From Dehalococcoidia bacterium (lineage in GTDB: Bacteria; Chloroflexota; Dehalococcoidia; Lucifugimonadales; Lucifugimonadaceae), in the NCBI GenBank assembly GCA_022451965.1, contig JAKUNJ010000008.1:8931-72930 (forward strand): a stretch of DNA of 64,000 nucleotides. Direction: 5' to 3'. Position 1 is the stretch's first letter. The number at the start of each line of letters is the position of its first letter. Made by a program: the position numbers and the translations under genes. A model generated the notes under the pieces. The model was not told the origin of the DNA, ran no database searches, and saw only the letters and a list, made by a program, of their open reading frames with translations. Shown one piece after another: positions 1 through 9,507 of this stretch.

Positions 1-2
1 CA

Positions 3-143
3 TTATCTGAACTAAAAAATCAAAAAATCAATAGAATACCTAAAGCCCCATGGGGTAGAAGAAAAGGCGCAGGATTATATATTCATGATTTTGAAAAAAA
101 TGAGGTAAAGTGGAAAAATCAGAAAAGGAAAATTAGAAATTGA
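3..143 (+). CDS. 3' end of an upstream CDS (partial, product unknown)
   Basis: Frame 3 is open from the window edge (LSELKNQKINRIPKAPWGRRKGAGLYIHDFEKNEVKWKNQKRKIRN*). Its TGA (141-143) overlaps the TTG start of the next gene (ATTGA). No family recognised. Confidence 0.3.
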   Translation, partial: LSELKNQKINRIPKAPWGRRKGAGLYIHDFEKNEVKWKNQKRKIRN

Positions 144-1297
144 AAGTAACAAAAATAACAAATATTCCCATTATGGATGAAGAAGGAAAAGTTTATTTTT
201 TCGTAAAAATTGATACAGATAAGGGCATTCATGGTCTAGGTGAAGTTGGAATTGCAAGACAAGGAAACGCTATTGGTAAAGCTATAGATCATCTTAGCGA
301 AATAGTGATAGGTTCCGATCCATGGGAAACTGAAAGATTATGGCAAATAATGTTTCGTTCCTCATTTTTCCCTGCTGATAAAGTTTACTCATGTGCAATT
401 TCTGCAATTGATATAGCTCTTTGGGATATCAAGGCTAAATCTGTAGATATGCCAGTTTATAAATTGCTTGGTGGCCCCTACAGAGAAAAGGTTATTTGCT
501 ATCCACATACTCAAGGAAATTCTATTAAGGAATTTCTAGAGGAATGCGAAACTCACTTAAATAAAGGCTGGAAATTTCTAAGATGGCATCAACCTAGTAA
601 CTTTATCAATGATTTAGAATCTGAAATTTTAGAACCAAGAAAATCAATAAAAGTTGCTGTTGAAATAATGCAGAAAGTTCGAGAAAAATTTGGATATGAG
701 CCAGAGATAACCTTTGATGTCCATACCAGGCTAGACCCACCTGAAGTTATAGAAATGTGTAAGGACCTAGAACCCTTGAAGCCTTTCTTTATTGAAGATC
801 CAATAAGATCTGAAAATCCTGGATCCTATCATCATATAAGAAATAAATTAAATCTCCCAATTGCGGCAGGTGAACAATGGTCTTCTAAATGGCCTTTCAG
901 AGAAGTTATAGAAAATGAGTTAATTGACTATGCTAGGATTGATTTATGTATTGTTGGAGGATTAACTGAGGCATTAAAAATTACTCATTGGGCTGAAACA
1001 CACTATATTAATATTGTTCCACATAATCCTCTAGGTCCAGTATCAGCCGCTGCATGTGTCAGTTTATGTATGGCATCAAGCAATGTAGGTGTACAAGAAA
1101 TGCCTAAAGCACCTGGTACTTATGCGCAGAATCTTTTTCCAAAACAAATAGAATGGCAAGATGGCTATTCCTGGTGCCCAGATACGCCTGGTCTAGGAGT
1201 AGATATAGACATGGATGTTGCTGAATCAATGAGAGTTGATCCAACAGCATTCTCACCAAGATTATCGAGGGAAGATGGGAGTTTTACAAATTGGTAA
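140..1297 (+). CDS. Enolase-superfamily dehydratase, D-galactonate dehydratase-like
   Basis: 385 aa with a TTG start. N-terminus MKVTKITN...FVKIDTDKGIHGLGEVG and SAIDIALWDIKAKSVDMPVYKLLGG resemble DgoD/ManD-type enolase-superfamily members. Metal-ligand-type motifs FDVH, FIEDP and AAGEQ are present. Confidence 0.8.
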   Translation: MKVTKITNIPIMDEEGKVYFFVKIDTDKGIHGLGEVGIARQGNAIGKAIDHLSEIVIGSDPWETERLWQIMFRSSFFPADKVYSCAISAIDIALWDIKAKSVDMPVYKLLGGPYREKVICYPHTQGNSIKEFLEECETHLNKGWKFLRWHQPSNFINDLESEILEPRKSIKVAVEIMQKVREKFGYEPEITFDVHTRLDPPEVIEMCKDLEPLKPFFIEDPIRSENPGSYHHIRNKLNLPIAAGEQWSSKWPFREVIENELIDYARIDLCIVGGLTEALKITHWAETHYINIVPHNPLGPVSAAACVSLCMASSNVGVQEMPKAPGTYAQNLFPKQIEWQDGYSWCPDTPGLGVDIDMDVAESMRVDPTAFSPRLSREDGSFTNW

Positions 1298-1884
1298 CAA
1301 GAGGTTTTTTTGGTAAAAAAGAAAATAATGATAGAGTACCCCCTGGTCAATACATTGAAAACAGATTCCCTGTTTTATCAGCTGAGCCAACTCCTAAAAT
1401 AGAAATTGAAAATTGGAACCTAACAATTCTTAATAAAAATGAAGAGTTAGCTAAAATTGACTGGAATTTATTAAAAAGCTTAGAACAAAAGAAAATAACT
1501 GAAGATATACATTGTGTCACAAGATGGACTAAGTTTGACATGAATTGGTCAGGAGTTTCTGTAAAAAAATTATTTGAAGAAATTGATATCGTTCCTCCGA
1601 CAGATTGGACTATGACTGGATCTTCGACTGGATATACAACAAATGTTCCAACTAAAGATCTTCTCTTAGAAAATACAATTATTTCTTATTCTTATGATGA
1701 TGAACCAATATCTCCTGAACATGGAGGTCCAATAAGATTGATAGTCCCTCATTTGTATTTTTGGAAATCTGCAAAATGGTTCGATAAAATTATTTTCATG
1801 GATTCTGATAAAGCTGGATTTTGGGAAAATTACGGATACCATATGTATGGTGATCCATGGAAAGAGCAAAGATATTCAGGATAA
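1291..1884 (+). CDS. Sulfite-oxidase-fold molybdopterin-binding oxidoreductase (small soluble form)
   Basis: 197 aa with a TTG start that overlaps the upstream gene by 7 nt. N-terminus FFGKK..VPPGQY..FPVLSAEPTP. Contains the putative Mo-ligand Cys motif IHCVTRWTKFDMNWSGV, plus GGPIRLIVPHLYFWKSAKW, which is typical of SUOX/YedY-fold proteins. Confidence 0.7.
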   Translation: MVTRGFFGKKENNDRVPPGQYIENRFPVLSAEPTPKIEIENWNLTILNKNEELAKIDWNLLKSLEQKKITEDIHCVTRWTKFDMNWSGVSVKKLFEEIDIVPPTDWTMTGSSTGYTTNVPTKDLLLENTIISYSYDDEPISPEHGGPIRLIVPHLYFWKSAKWFDKIIFMDSDKAGFWENYGYHMYGDPWKEQRYSG

Positions 1885-2577
1885 ATGAATAATAATTACT
1901 TTCATCAATCCAAGATTATTAATAAAAAAATAATTAACTCTGAGTTGTGCTTTGTAGAATTTAAAGTTGAGAATTGGAATAGTCATGTACCCGGTCAATA
2001 TTCTGAAATTTGCTTAACTGCAGATAATGGATATCAAGCAATTCGGCCTTACTCAATAGCTTCAGAACCAAACTCAAATTATGTTAGATTTCTAATTGAA
2101 AAAATTTCAAATGGCGAAGTTTCAACCTTTTTCTTTGATCATTCAATGATAGGAGATAAGGTTCTTATATCAAGACCAATAGGATTAAGATTCATATTAA
2201 GAAACGAATCGCTTCCGATTTTTATTTGTTCAGGTTCTGGAATTGCCCCCTTTTTATCAATGACTAAATTCCTAGATTATGAGAAAAAAAATTATAAATT
2301 ATTTCATTGGTCTAAGACTTTTGATGGTCTAGTAAATTACAGTGACTTTTCAAAGCAAAATAATTCTGAATATCATCCTTTTGTAACTAGAGAAAAATCA
2401 GGTATAAATGGAATTGGAACTGAAAGAATATCAAAAAAAGATTTTAATAAATTAGATGAATTATTAAAATACGAAATCTATATATGCGGCTCAGATTATT
2501 TTGTTGAAAATGCATCAGAAATAGTTCAAAAAATATTTCTAAATAGTAAGATTTACACTGAAAGATTCGGGTCTTAG
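1885..2577 (+). CDS. Ferredoxin-NADP reductase-like FAD/NAD(P)-binding oxidoreductase
   Basis: 230 aa, starting immediately after the previous stop codon. Has the RPYSIAS (RxYS FAD motif), GSGIAPF (NAD(P) motif) and a C-terminal CGS motif. No Fe-S domain. Confidence 0.7.
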   Translation: MNNNYFHQSKIINKKIINSELCFVEFKVENWNSHVPGQYSEICLTADNGYQAIRPYSIASEPNSNYVRFLIEKISNGEVSTFFFDHSMIGDKVLISRPIGLRFILRNESLPIFICSGSGIAPFLSMTKFLDYEKKNYKLFHWSKTFDGLVNYSDFSKQNNSEYHPFVTREKSGINGIGTERISKKDFNKLDELLKYEIYICGSDYFVENASEIVQKIFLNSKIYTERFGS

Positions 2578-3572
2578 GGATTAAATCTAACTACATTTTT
2601 AATTACGTTATTTTTTTGTTCAGCATATTCTTCAAAGGCCTTTTGAAGATCTTTTAAGTCTGAGACTCCAGTTTTCAAAGATTTAGGATCCCACCATCCT
2701 CTTTCAGCTAGAGCAACAAGCTCTCTAATTTCAGCAATAGGCTCTGGAGTTGTAGCAATTTGAGTAGAATGTATATCTAAATTTTTTCTCAACATCAAAC
2801 TATGTTCAAACTCAACCATATCATCAGTAACTATGCTAAATGTAATAAATTTTCCTTCATTCTTTATTATATTTAGACATGTATTAAATCCAGCTTCATT
2901 TCCTGAAGCATCAACAACAATATCAAATAGTTCGCCATTTGTTACTTCTTCAGATCTTTCAATTAGATTTTCCAAAGATTCATATTTTATAGATTTTGTA
3001 GCTCCAAGTGAAATACTTTTATCTAATCTATAATCATGTTTGTCTATGCCAACAATTTCAGAAGCCCCCTGTTTAGAGGCAAGCATAGTAAATGAAAGAC
3101 CAATTCCCCCTTGACCTAAAATTGCTATTGATTTACCAAATATATTACCCCAATGTTTGGCTGAATAAAGCACAGTTCCTGAATGCTGAAGCATAATCCA
3201 ATCTTCTAAATCTCCCCAATCCGGAAGCTTAATTATTCTTTCATGATTTTGGTCTAAATATTCAACTGCTCCCCCTGTCCCAATACTACCATCTGGCTTT
3301 CTATAATTTGGTATTATAATTGCCCTTGTCCCAACGGGATATCTTTCATCTTTAGATTCAACTGCAACTCCAGCAACTTCATGAATAGGCATTCCAGGCG
3401 GTAGCGGGTAGTCTTCTTCAGGTAAAACTTTTTCAAAAGAACTATGTATATCTGATCCGCAGACTGATATACAATCGGTCTTGAATCTTACTTCTCCATC
3501 CTTTAATTCACCTAAATCAGGAATATCAGTAATTTCAACTTTCCTGAATCCTGTTATTTGAGCTGCTTTCAT
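2574..3572 (-). CDS. Zn-dependent medium-chain alcohol/polyol dehydrogenase
   Basis: 332 aa with VCGSDIH (catalytic Zn motif region) and a GQGGIGL Rossmann motif. MDR family. Confidence 0.8.
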   Translation of the reverse strand: MKAAQITGFRKVEITDIPDLGELKDGEVRFKTDCISVCGSDIHSSFEKVLPEEDYPLPPGMPIHEVAGVAVESKDERYPVGTRAIIIPNYRKPDGSIGTGGAVEYLDQNHERIIKLPDWGDLEDWIMLQHSGTVLYSAKHWGNIFGKSIAILGQGGIGLSFTMLASKQGASEIVGIDKHDYRLDKSISLGATKSIKYESLENLIERSEEVTNGELFDIVVDASGNEAGFNTCLNIIKNEGKFITFSIVTDDMVEFEHSLMLRKNLDIHSTQIATTPEPIAEIRELVALAERGWWDPKSLKTGVSDLKDLQKAFEEYAEQKNNVIKNVVRFNP

Positions 3573-3587
3573 AAATCCCCCTATTTA

Positions 3588-3663
<76 letters not shown>

Positions 3664-3785
3664 CTTATTTTAAATTCTTCTCTTTACTTCAATGAAATTT
3701 ATATTACACATTTACGTGACGTAAGAAAAGGTTTAAACTTTCTAAAATAATTATTTCATAAAAAACTAATAATGGGACAAATAAA

Positions 3786-4883
3786 ATGAAAATTACTGAT
3801 GTAAACCTAAAAATTTATAGGTGGGAAAGAGCTACTCCCATAACAAATGGTCTATATACATACACACATAATGTACTCAATATTGTTGAAATCAAGACTG
3901 ATGAAAAAGATATTACAGGTATTGGTATAGCAGCCAGCATTGATGTCTCTCCAAGTGTAGGAAGAGAGCTAATAGATCATTTTAAAAAAGGAATAATTGG
4001 TTTAGATCCTCTTGATAATGAAAGAATATGGCATGAAATGTGGAGACCTAAACTTGTAGGTAGAAGAGGAATAACTACTAGAATTATTTCTGGAATAGAT
4101 ATAGCACTTTGGGACATAAAAGGAAAAGTTTCAGGGCTACCTGTTTATAAACTTTTAGGTGGTTTTACAAATAAAGTCGATACATACATAGCTGGTGGAT
4201 ATTACGAAAAAGGTAAAGGATTAAAAGAATTAGCTAAAGAAATGGAAGATAATGTAAAAATTGGTGCTAGAGCAGTAAAAATAAAGGTGGGAGCACTTCC
4301 TGTAAATGAAGATATAGAAAGAATTAAGGTTTGTAGAGAAGTTATTGGGAATGATGTAAAGCTTATGGTAGATGCAAATAATGCTTATAGGCACTATCAA
4401 GCTATAGAGTTTGCTAGAAAAGCTGAAAAATATGACCTTTTTTGGTTTGAGGAACCTGTTGAGCCAGATGATTATATAGGACAAGCCGAGATAACAAGAT
4501 CAACCTCAATTCCAGTAGCTGCTGGAGAAAATGAATATACTAGATATGGATTTAGAGATATGATTAATCATAGGGCTGTAGATATACTTCAACCTGATTG
4601 TTTAATTCTAGGTGGAGTTACCGAATTTATGAAAGTTTGTGCACTTGCTCAAAGTAATGATTTAGATATTGCTCCTCATGGAGCACAAGAAGTTCATATT
4701 CATCTAGTATCAGCTATACCAAATGGACTAATTTTAGAATATTACAGAGATACCGTAAATCCAATGCACGGTAAAATATGGGATAATGAATTAGTGATTA
4801 AAGATGGTTTTGTTTACGCTCCTGATATTCCAGGATTTGGTCTTAATCCTAAGTGGAAAGATCTAGAACCATATAGAGTTTAA
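3786..4883 (+). CDS. Mandelate racemase/muconate lactonizing enzyme family protein (enolase superfamily)
   Basis: 365 aa with GIDIALWDIKGKVSGLPVYKLLGG, a KxK motif (AVKIKVG), and DANNAY / FEEP / AAGENE metal ligands. Confidence 0.85.
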   Translation: MKITDVNLKIYRWERATPITNGLYTYTHNVLNIVEIKTDEKDITGIGIAASIDVSPSVGRELIDHFKKGIIGLDPLDNERIWHEMWRPKLVGRRGITTRIISGIDIALWDIKGKVSGLPVYKLLGGFTNKVDTYIAGGYYEKGKGLKELAKEMEDNVKIGARAVKIKVGALPVNEDIERIKVCREVIGNDVKLMVDANNAYRHYQAIEFARKAEKYDLFWFEEPVEPDDYIGQAEITRSTSIPVAAGENEYTRYGFRDMINHRAVDILQPDCLILGGVTEFMKVCALAQSNDLDIAPHGAQEVHIHLVSAIPNGLILEYYRDTVNPMHGKIWDNELVIKDGFVYAPDIPGFGLNPKWKDLEPYRV

Positions 4884-4920
4884 TTAGAAGAAATTATATA
4901 ATTATTATTAGAGGAATTAT

Positions 4921-6048
4921 ATGAAAGATGTATTTGACGCAGCAATAGAAGAAATTAAAAATAAGAGAAAATTTGTAATTTCAACAGTAACTAGAACTCA
5001 AGGATCTACTCCCCAAAAACCAGGTGCAAAATTACTAGTTAGAGAAGATGGTTCAGGAGTAGGGACCTTAGGTGGAGGTTGTGTTGAAGGAGACATATGG
5101 TTCGCTTCAAGTGAGAAGATCAAGCGTGAAGAAAACGCTGAAGTAAGACCTTATGAGCTAAATGAAGACCTAGCGGCACAAGATGGATTAGTCTGCGGCG
5201 GGACTATGCATTTTTTGATAGATCCTATAGAAGATAAACTTGAATTCGAATTCTTTCTAGATGAAATAGATAAGGCATTTAATGGAGGTAAACCAGTTGC
5301 ATTAGTCCAAATTCTTGAATCAGAAATCAAAGAACAGGTAGGAAATAAAATCCTAGTTAGAGAAAATGGTGATCAAACAGGAATTTTATTTAATAAAGAC
5401 TTAGATAAAAAAATTGTGATGGAAGCCAGAAAATTAATGGCATTAGGTAAAAATAAAACAATTCAGTACGAAAATTGTAGAATATATATCGAAGCTTTTA
5501 CTACCCCTCCTAAACTTGTAATTGCTGGTGGAGGCCATATCTCAAAAGCTCTCGGAGATTTAGCTAAACCACTTGGTTTTGAACTTAATATTTTTGATGA
5601 TCGAGAGGAATTTGCAAATGAAGAAAGATTCCCTCAAGCTGATGAAGTAAAAGTTGCTTCCTATAATGATGGATTTGATAAATTTCAAATAAATGCAAAT
5701 ACATTTATAGTCATTGCAACAAGAGGTCATCAACATGATGATTCAGCAACAAAAGGAGCTCTGGCAACTAATGCTTCATATGTAGGCCTACTAGGATCCA
5801 AAAGAAAAACAATATTAATTATTGAAAAATTATTGTCCCAAGGAATTGATGATGACTCTTTCAGTAAGCTAAGGGCACCTGTAGGATTAGGCATAGGTGC
5901 AAGGACACCAGAAGAGATAGCTATCTCAATAATGGCTGAAATTTTATCCTTTAGATTGGGTGGAGATAATAATTCTATGATGCTTGATAAAAAATTTATT
6001 GATAAGATTAAGGCTAAAATCTCAAAGTCTCAAAAAATAAATTACTAA
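4921..6048 (+). CDS. XdhC/CoxI-family molybdoenzyme maturation protein
   Basis: 375 aa. The N-terminal XdhC_CoxI motif is TVTRTQGSTPQKPGAKLLVREDGSGVGTLGGGCVEGD. The C-terminal Rossmann part is PKLVIAGGGHISKAL...GLLGSKRK. Confidence 0.8.
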   Translation: MKDVFDAAIEEIKNKRKFVISTVTRTQGSTPQKPGAKLLVREDGSGVGTLGGGCVEGDIWFASSEKIKREENAEVRPYELNEDLAAQDGLVCGGTMHFLIDPIEDKLEFEFFLDEIDKAFNGGKPVALVQILESEIKEQVGNKILVRENGDQTGILFNKDLDKKIVMEARKLMALGKNKTIQYENCRIYIEAFTTPPKLVIAGGGHISKALGDLAKPLGFELNIFDDREEFANEERFPQADEVKVASYNDGFDKFQINANTFIVIATRGHQHDDSATKGALATNASYVGLLGSKRKTILIIEKLLSQGIDDDSFSKLRAPVGLGIGARTPEEIAISIMAEILSFRLGGDNNSMMLDKKFIDKIKAKISKSQKINY

Positions 6049-6051
6049 AAA

Positions 6052-6657
6052 ATGAAATCCGATATTGCAGCCTTGATTCTTGCTGCAGGCAAATCAACAA
6101 GAATGGGCACAACTAAATCTCTACTTATGTGGCACGGAGACTTCTTAGTAAATTATCAAATTAATTCACTGATAAAGTCTGGATGTAAAGAAATTTATTT
6201 AGTTATTGGTCATAATGGAGAAAGAATTCGATCTAAGGTTTCGAATTCTAAAGTTAAAATAATAAATAATCCAGATTATGATTCGGGGAAATCTTCATCA
6301 ATTATAAAAGGTATTAAGTCCTTAGATATAGGTATAGAAAATCTAATTATAGTTGGAGTAGATCAACCTAGACCAATTTGGTTCTATAAAAAAATAATTA
6401 AGTTTCATAATAAATATTCATCAGTTATTTCTTCACCTATAAATAATAAAAAAAGAGGGCATCCCTTAATTTTCAGAAAAAGTTTTTTTAATGAAATCTT
6501 AAAAATTTCAAATTATAAAAATGGCTTAAAAGACTTATTTAGAAGAAATGATGATTTAGTAAAAACTTTTGAAATAAATTCTGAGTGGACTCACCTTGAT
6601 CTCAATGATAAAGAGTCATTTGAAAGAAGCCTTAAATTAAATCTTGAAGATGAATAA
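6052..6657 (+). CDS. mocA: MobA-like NTP transferase, probable molybdenum cofactor cytidylyltransferase
   Basis: 201 aa with the N-terminal AALILAAGKSTRMG nucleotidyltransferase motif and GVDQP. It lies immediately downstream of xdhC, the usual MocA context. Confidence 0.65.
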   Translation: MKSDIAALILAAGKSTRMGTTKSLLMWHGDFLVNYQINSLIKSGCKEIYLVIGHNGERIRSKVSNSKVKIINNPDYDSGKSSSIIKGIKSLDIGIENLIIVGVDQPRPIWFYKKIIKFHNKYSSVISSPINNKKRGHPLIFRKSFFNEILKISNYKNGLKDLFRRNDDLVKTFEINSEWTHLDLNDKESFERSLKLNLEDE

Positions 6658-6970
6658 TAAATTAGAAAAATATGGGGATGAATTAATAAATGAAACCTTA
6701 GTTTTCATTAAAGAAAATATAAATTGGAAAATTACTGAGCATGACTTATTACAATTCATAAACGGTAAAATTCAAATGAATAATTATGATCTGAATATAA
6801 AAAATAATGTTTCATTTGAAGAAAACACTAGAAATAAAAACTATGTTCCAAATCCAGAAAATTCAAAAATAATTAGAAAAAAAGGAAAGATTAAACTTGA
6901 ATTATATTTATCAGAAAAAGAAACAAAAAGTGTTCACATAATTAAAGAAATAATGATAGAAAATTTATAA
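6644..6970 (+). CDS. Hypothetical protein (108 aa)
   Basis: ORF overlapping the mocA end by 14 nt (TTG 6644 or ATG 6650). Lys/Asn-rich with no recognisable motif. Called only from the operon-like context. Confidence 0.4.
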   Translation: MKMNNKLEKYGDELINETLVFIKENINWKITEHDLLQFINGKIQMNNYDLNIKNNVSFEENTRNKNYVPNPENSKIIRKKGKIKLELYLSEKETKSVHIIKEIMIENL

Positions 6971-6987
6971 TTATAAAGGAGTTAAAA

Positions 6988-7752
6988 ATGAGTAGTTCTA
7001 TTTTAAAGGATAAAGTTGCGATTGTTACAGGTGGTAATGGAGGGATTGGTTTAGGTATTTCAGAAGGATTTGCTGAAGAAGGTGCAAAAGTTATTATTGC
7101 TGCAAGAAATGAAGAAAAAAATAAAGCAGCAATTGAAAAAATAAAAAAAATAAGTCAAAACAGCGAAACTTTTAATTTAGATGTGAATGACCAAAATTCT
7201 ATAAATAAACTCATGCAATTTACAATAGAAAAGTTTGGGAAAATAGATGTACTGGTAAACAATGCTGGTATAAGTAGAAGAAGTGATGAGCCTCATCTAT
7301 TACCTAAAAATGATTGGGACGATGTTATTGATACCAACTTAAATTCAATTCATCATATGACTTCTGCTGTTTTCCCACACTTAAAGAAAAATAAATCAGG
7401 AAAAATCATAAATATAGGTTCAATGATGTCTATTTTTGGGAATGCAAATTCTGCAGCTTATGCAGCAAGTAAAGGTGGAGTAGTGCAATATACAAAAAGC
7501 TGTGCAATTGCTTGGGCTAAATATAATATTCAAATCAACACTATACTTCCTGGTTGGATCGTGACAGATATGACAAATGAATTCAAAAAAGTAAATCCAA
7601 AAAGATACGCTACGATTGCAGGGAGAACGCCAGCCGAAAGATGGGGATTACCTGAAGATATGGCAGGAACTGCTATTTTTCTTTCAAGTAAATTTTCAGA
7701 TTTTGTAAATGGAGTATCTATTCCTGTAGATGGTGGTTATAGTGTAATGTAA
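6988..7752 (+). CDS. Short-chain dehydrogenase/reductase (FabG/KduD-like)
   Basis: 254 aa with the TGGNGGIGLG cofactor motif, NNAG, the catalytic YAASKGG, and an upstream AAGGAG SD. Confidence 0.85.
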   Translation: MSSSILKDKVAIVTGGNGGIGLGISEGFAEEGAKVIIAARNEEKNKAAIEKIKKISQNSETFNLDVNDQNSINKLMQFTIEKFGKIDVLVNNAGISRRSDEPHLLPKNDWDDVIDTNLNSIHHMTSAVFPHLKKNKSGKIINIGSMMSIFGNANSAAYAASKGGVVQYTKSCAIAWAKYNIQINTILPGWIVTDMTNEFKKVNPKRYATIAGRTPAERWGLPEDMAGTAIFLSSKFSDFVNGVSIPVDGGYSVM

Positions 7753-7758
7753 GAAGTA

Positions 7759-8559
7759 TTAAAAAAAATGATTTAATGGGCCATTCCCCTTGCCTATTTT
7801 ATATGCTTTATTAATAGCTTTAGTAACATATTCTTTTGATAATTTTACTGAATCTTTTAGATCTTCTCCCCTAGCAAGAAATGCTGTTATTGCTGCTGAA
7901 AAAGTACAACCAGTTCCATGAGTTGAAGTTGTATCTATTCTTTTTACACTGAATGATTCAAATTTATTTCCATCATAAAATACATCTTCAGACACATCTG
8001 ATTTAAAAAAATGTCCTCCCTTGATAACTACAGATTTTGGGCCATAATTTTTTAAGATTTTACACGCTTTATAAATATCTTCTTTAGTTTTTATTTTCAT
8101 TTCAGTCAACTCTTCAGCTTCTGATAAATTTGGAGTGATAATAGTAGCTAATGGAAATAGTTTTTGCTTTAATGCTTTTATAGCCTTTAAGGAAATCAGG
8201 ACATCCCCTGATGTAGCAACTATTACCGGATCAATAACTAATCGAAGATTAGACGATTCACCTAACAAATTTGCAATATCAATTACTGTAGACTCTTCAG
8301 GAAGCATCCCTGTCTTAACTGCATCAAATCCTATATCTTTTATGATTGAATTTATTTGATTCTTCAAAACAGTGTTAGGAATTATATGAATGTCACTGAC
8401 GCCTACAGTATTTTGAGCTGTTACAGAAGTAACTGCAGAAACTCCATAACAATCTAATGATCCAAAGGTTTTTAGGTCAGCTTGAATACCTGCTCCACCT
8501 CCAGAATCAGAACCTGCAATGGTCATACAAATAGGAAGTGGTTTTGCATCTGGTTTCAT
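7759..8559 (-). CDS. thiD: Hydroxymethylpyrimidine/phosphomethylpyrimidine kinase
   Basis: 266 aa. TIAGSDSGGGAGIQADLKTF and THGTGCTFSAAI are classic ThiD motifs. Confidence 0.9.
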   Translation of the reverse strand: MKPDAKPLPICMTIAGSDSGGGAGIQADLKTFGSLDCYGVSAVTSVTAQNTVGVSDIHIIPNTVLKNQINSIIKDIGFDAVKTGMLPEESTVIDIANLLGESSNLRLVIDPVIVATSGDVLISLKAIKALKQKLFPLATIITPNLSEAEELTEMKIKTKEDIYKACKILKNYGPKSVVIKGGHFFKSDVSEDVFYDGNKFESFSVKRIDTTSTHGTGCTFSAAITAFLARGEDLKDSVKLSKEYVTKAINKAYKIGKGNGPLNHFF

Positions 8560-8623
8560 AGTTTTACTTTTCTTAAGATTAAGTTATAAATATTTATAGT
8601 AAATATTCTAACAGAGGTTATAA

Positions 8624-9499
8624 ATGTCTTGGATTTTCAAAAATGTTATACCAAATATTGGGACTATTACTGAAGGGCCTTGCTGGAACGGTAAAGAACT
8701 TCTTTTCTCAAATATTTCTCACAATAGAGTTCTTTCATACAATCCAAGTAACAACAAAGTTTATGAATTTATATCTGATACTGGAGGAGCAAATGGACTA
8801 AATTATAATAAAGATCAAGAGCTATTTGCATGTGAAGGATCAAGAAGAAATATTTCAAAATATAATATAGACGGTTCAAAAGAAATAATTGCTGATTCAT
8901 TAGATGGTAAAAAACTAAATGCCCCAAATGATTTAGCTATAAATAGCAAAGGGTCCATTTACTTTTCAGATAGGGTTGAGGACATAAATCCAGAGATGGG
9001 AATAGGTTTTTCTGCAATAATTTCCGCAGATAAAAATTCGGATGGAACTTACACAACTAATAGAAGGACTTTTGATACTTCCATGCCGAATGGTTTATTA
9101 TTCAATGAAGAGCAAAATATTTTATATGTAGCTCAATCAGATTATAGAGCAGACAGAGAAAGAGAACTAAGGTCATATTCAGTTGAATCTGATGGATCTC
9201 TAAGCAATATGAAAGTTTTACATGACTTTGGTCCTCACAGAGGAATAGATGGCATGACTTTAGCTTCTTCTAATAGCAATGAAAATTATATTGTCGCTGC
9301 TACTGGATGGGAGTTATCTGGACCAAGTGGGAGCATAGTTGTATTTGACCAAGATGGTAAAATTGTCGAACGCCATTTAGCTCCTTGCGAAAGGCCGACA
9401 AATTGCACATTTATAAATAATAAAATATATGTCACAAGTATCGAAGGGCATCTTTTAGAAGCAGAAACAGAATTATCTGGAATTTTACTTTGGCCTTAA
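8624..9499 (+). CDS. SMP-30/gluconolactonase/LRE-like beta-propeller protein
   Basis: 291 aa with EGPCWNGKELLFSNI..NRVLSYNP, NAPNDLAINSKGSIYFSD and PNGLLF repeats typical of the six-bladed lactonase fold. Confidence 0.75.
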   Translation: MSWIFKNVIPNIGTITEGPCWNGKELLFSNISHNRVLSYNPSNNKVYEFISDTGGANGLNYNKDQELFACEGSRRNISKYNIDGSKEIIADSLDGKKLNAPNDLAINSKGSIYFSDRVEDINPEMGIGFSAIISADKNSDGTYTTNRRTFDTSMPNGLLFNEEQNILYVAQSDYRADRERELRSYSVESDGSLSNMKVLHDFGPHRGIDGMTLASSNSNENYIVAATGWELSGPSGSIVVFDQDGKIVERHLAPCERPTNCTFINNKIYVTSIEGHLLEAETELSGILLWP

Positions 9500-9507
9500 A
9501 ATAAATA

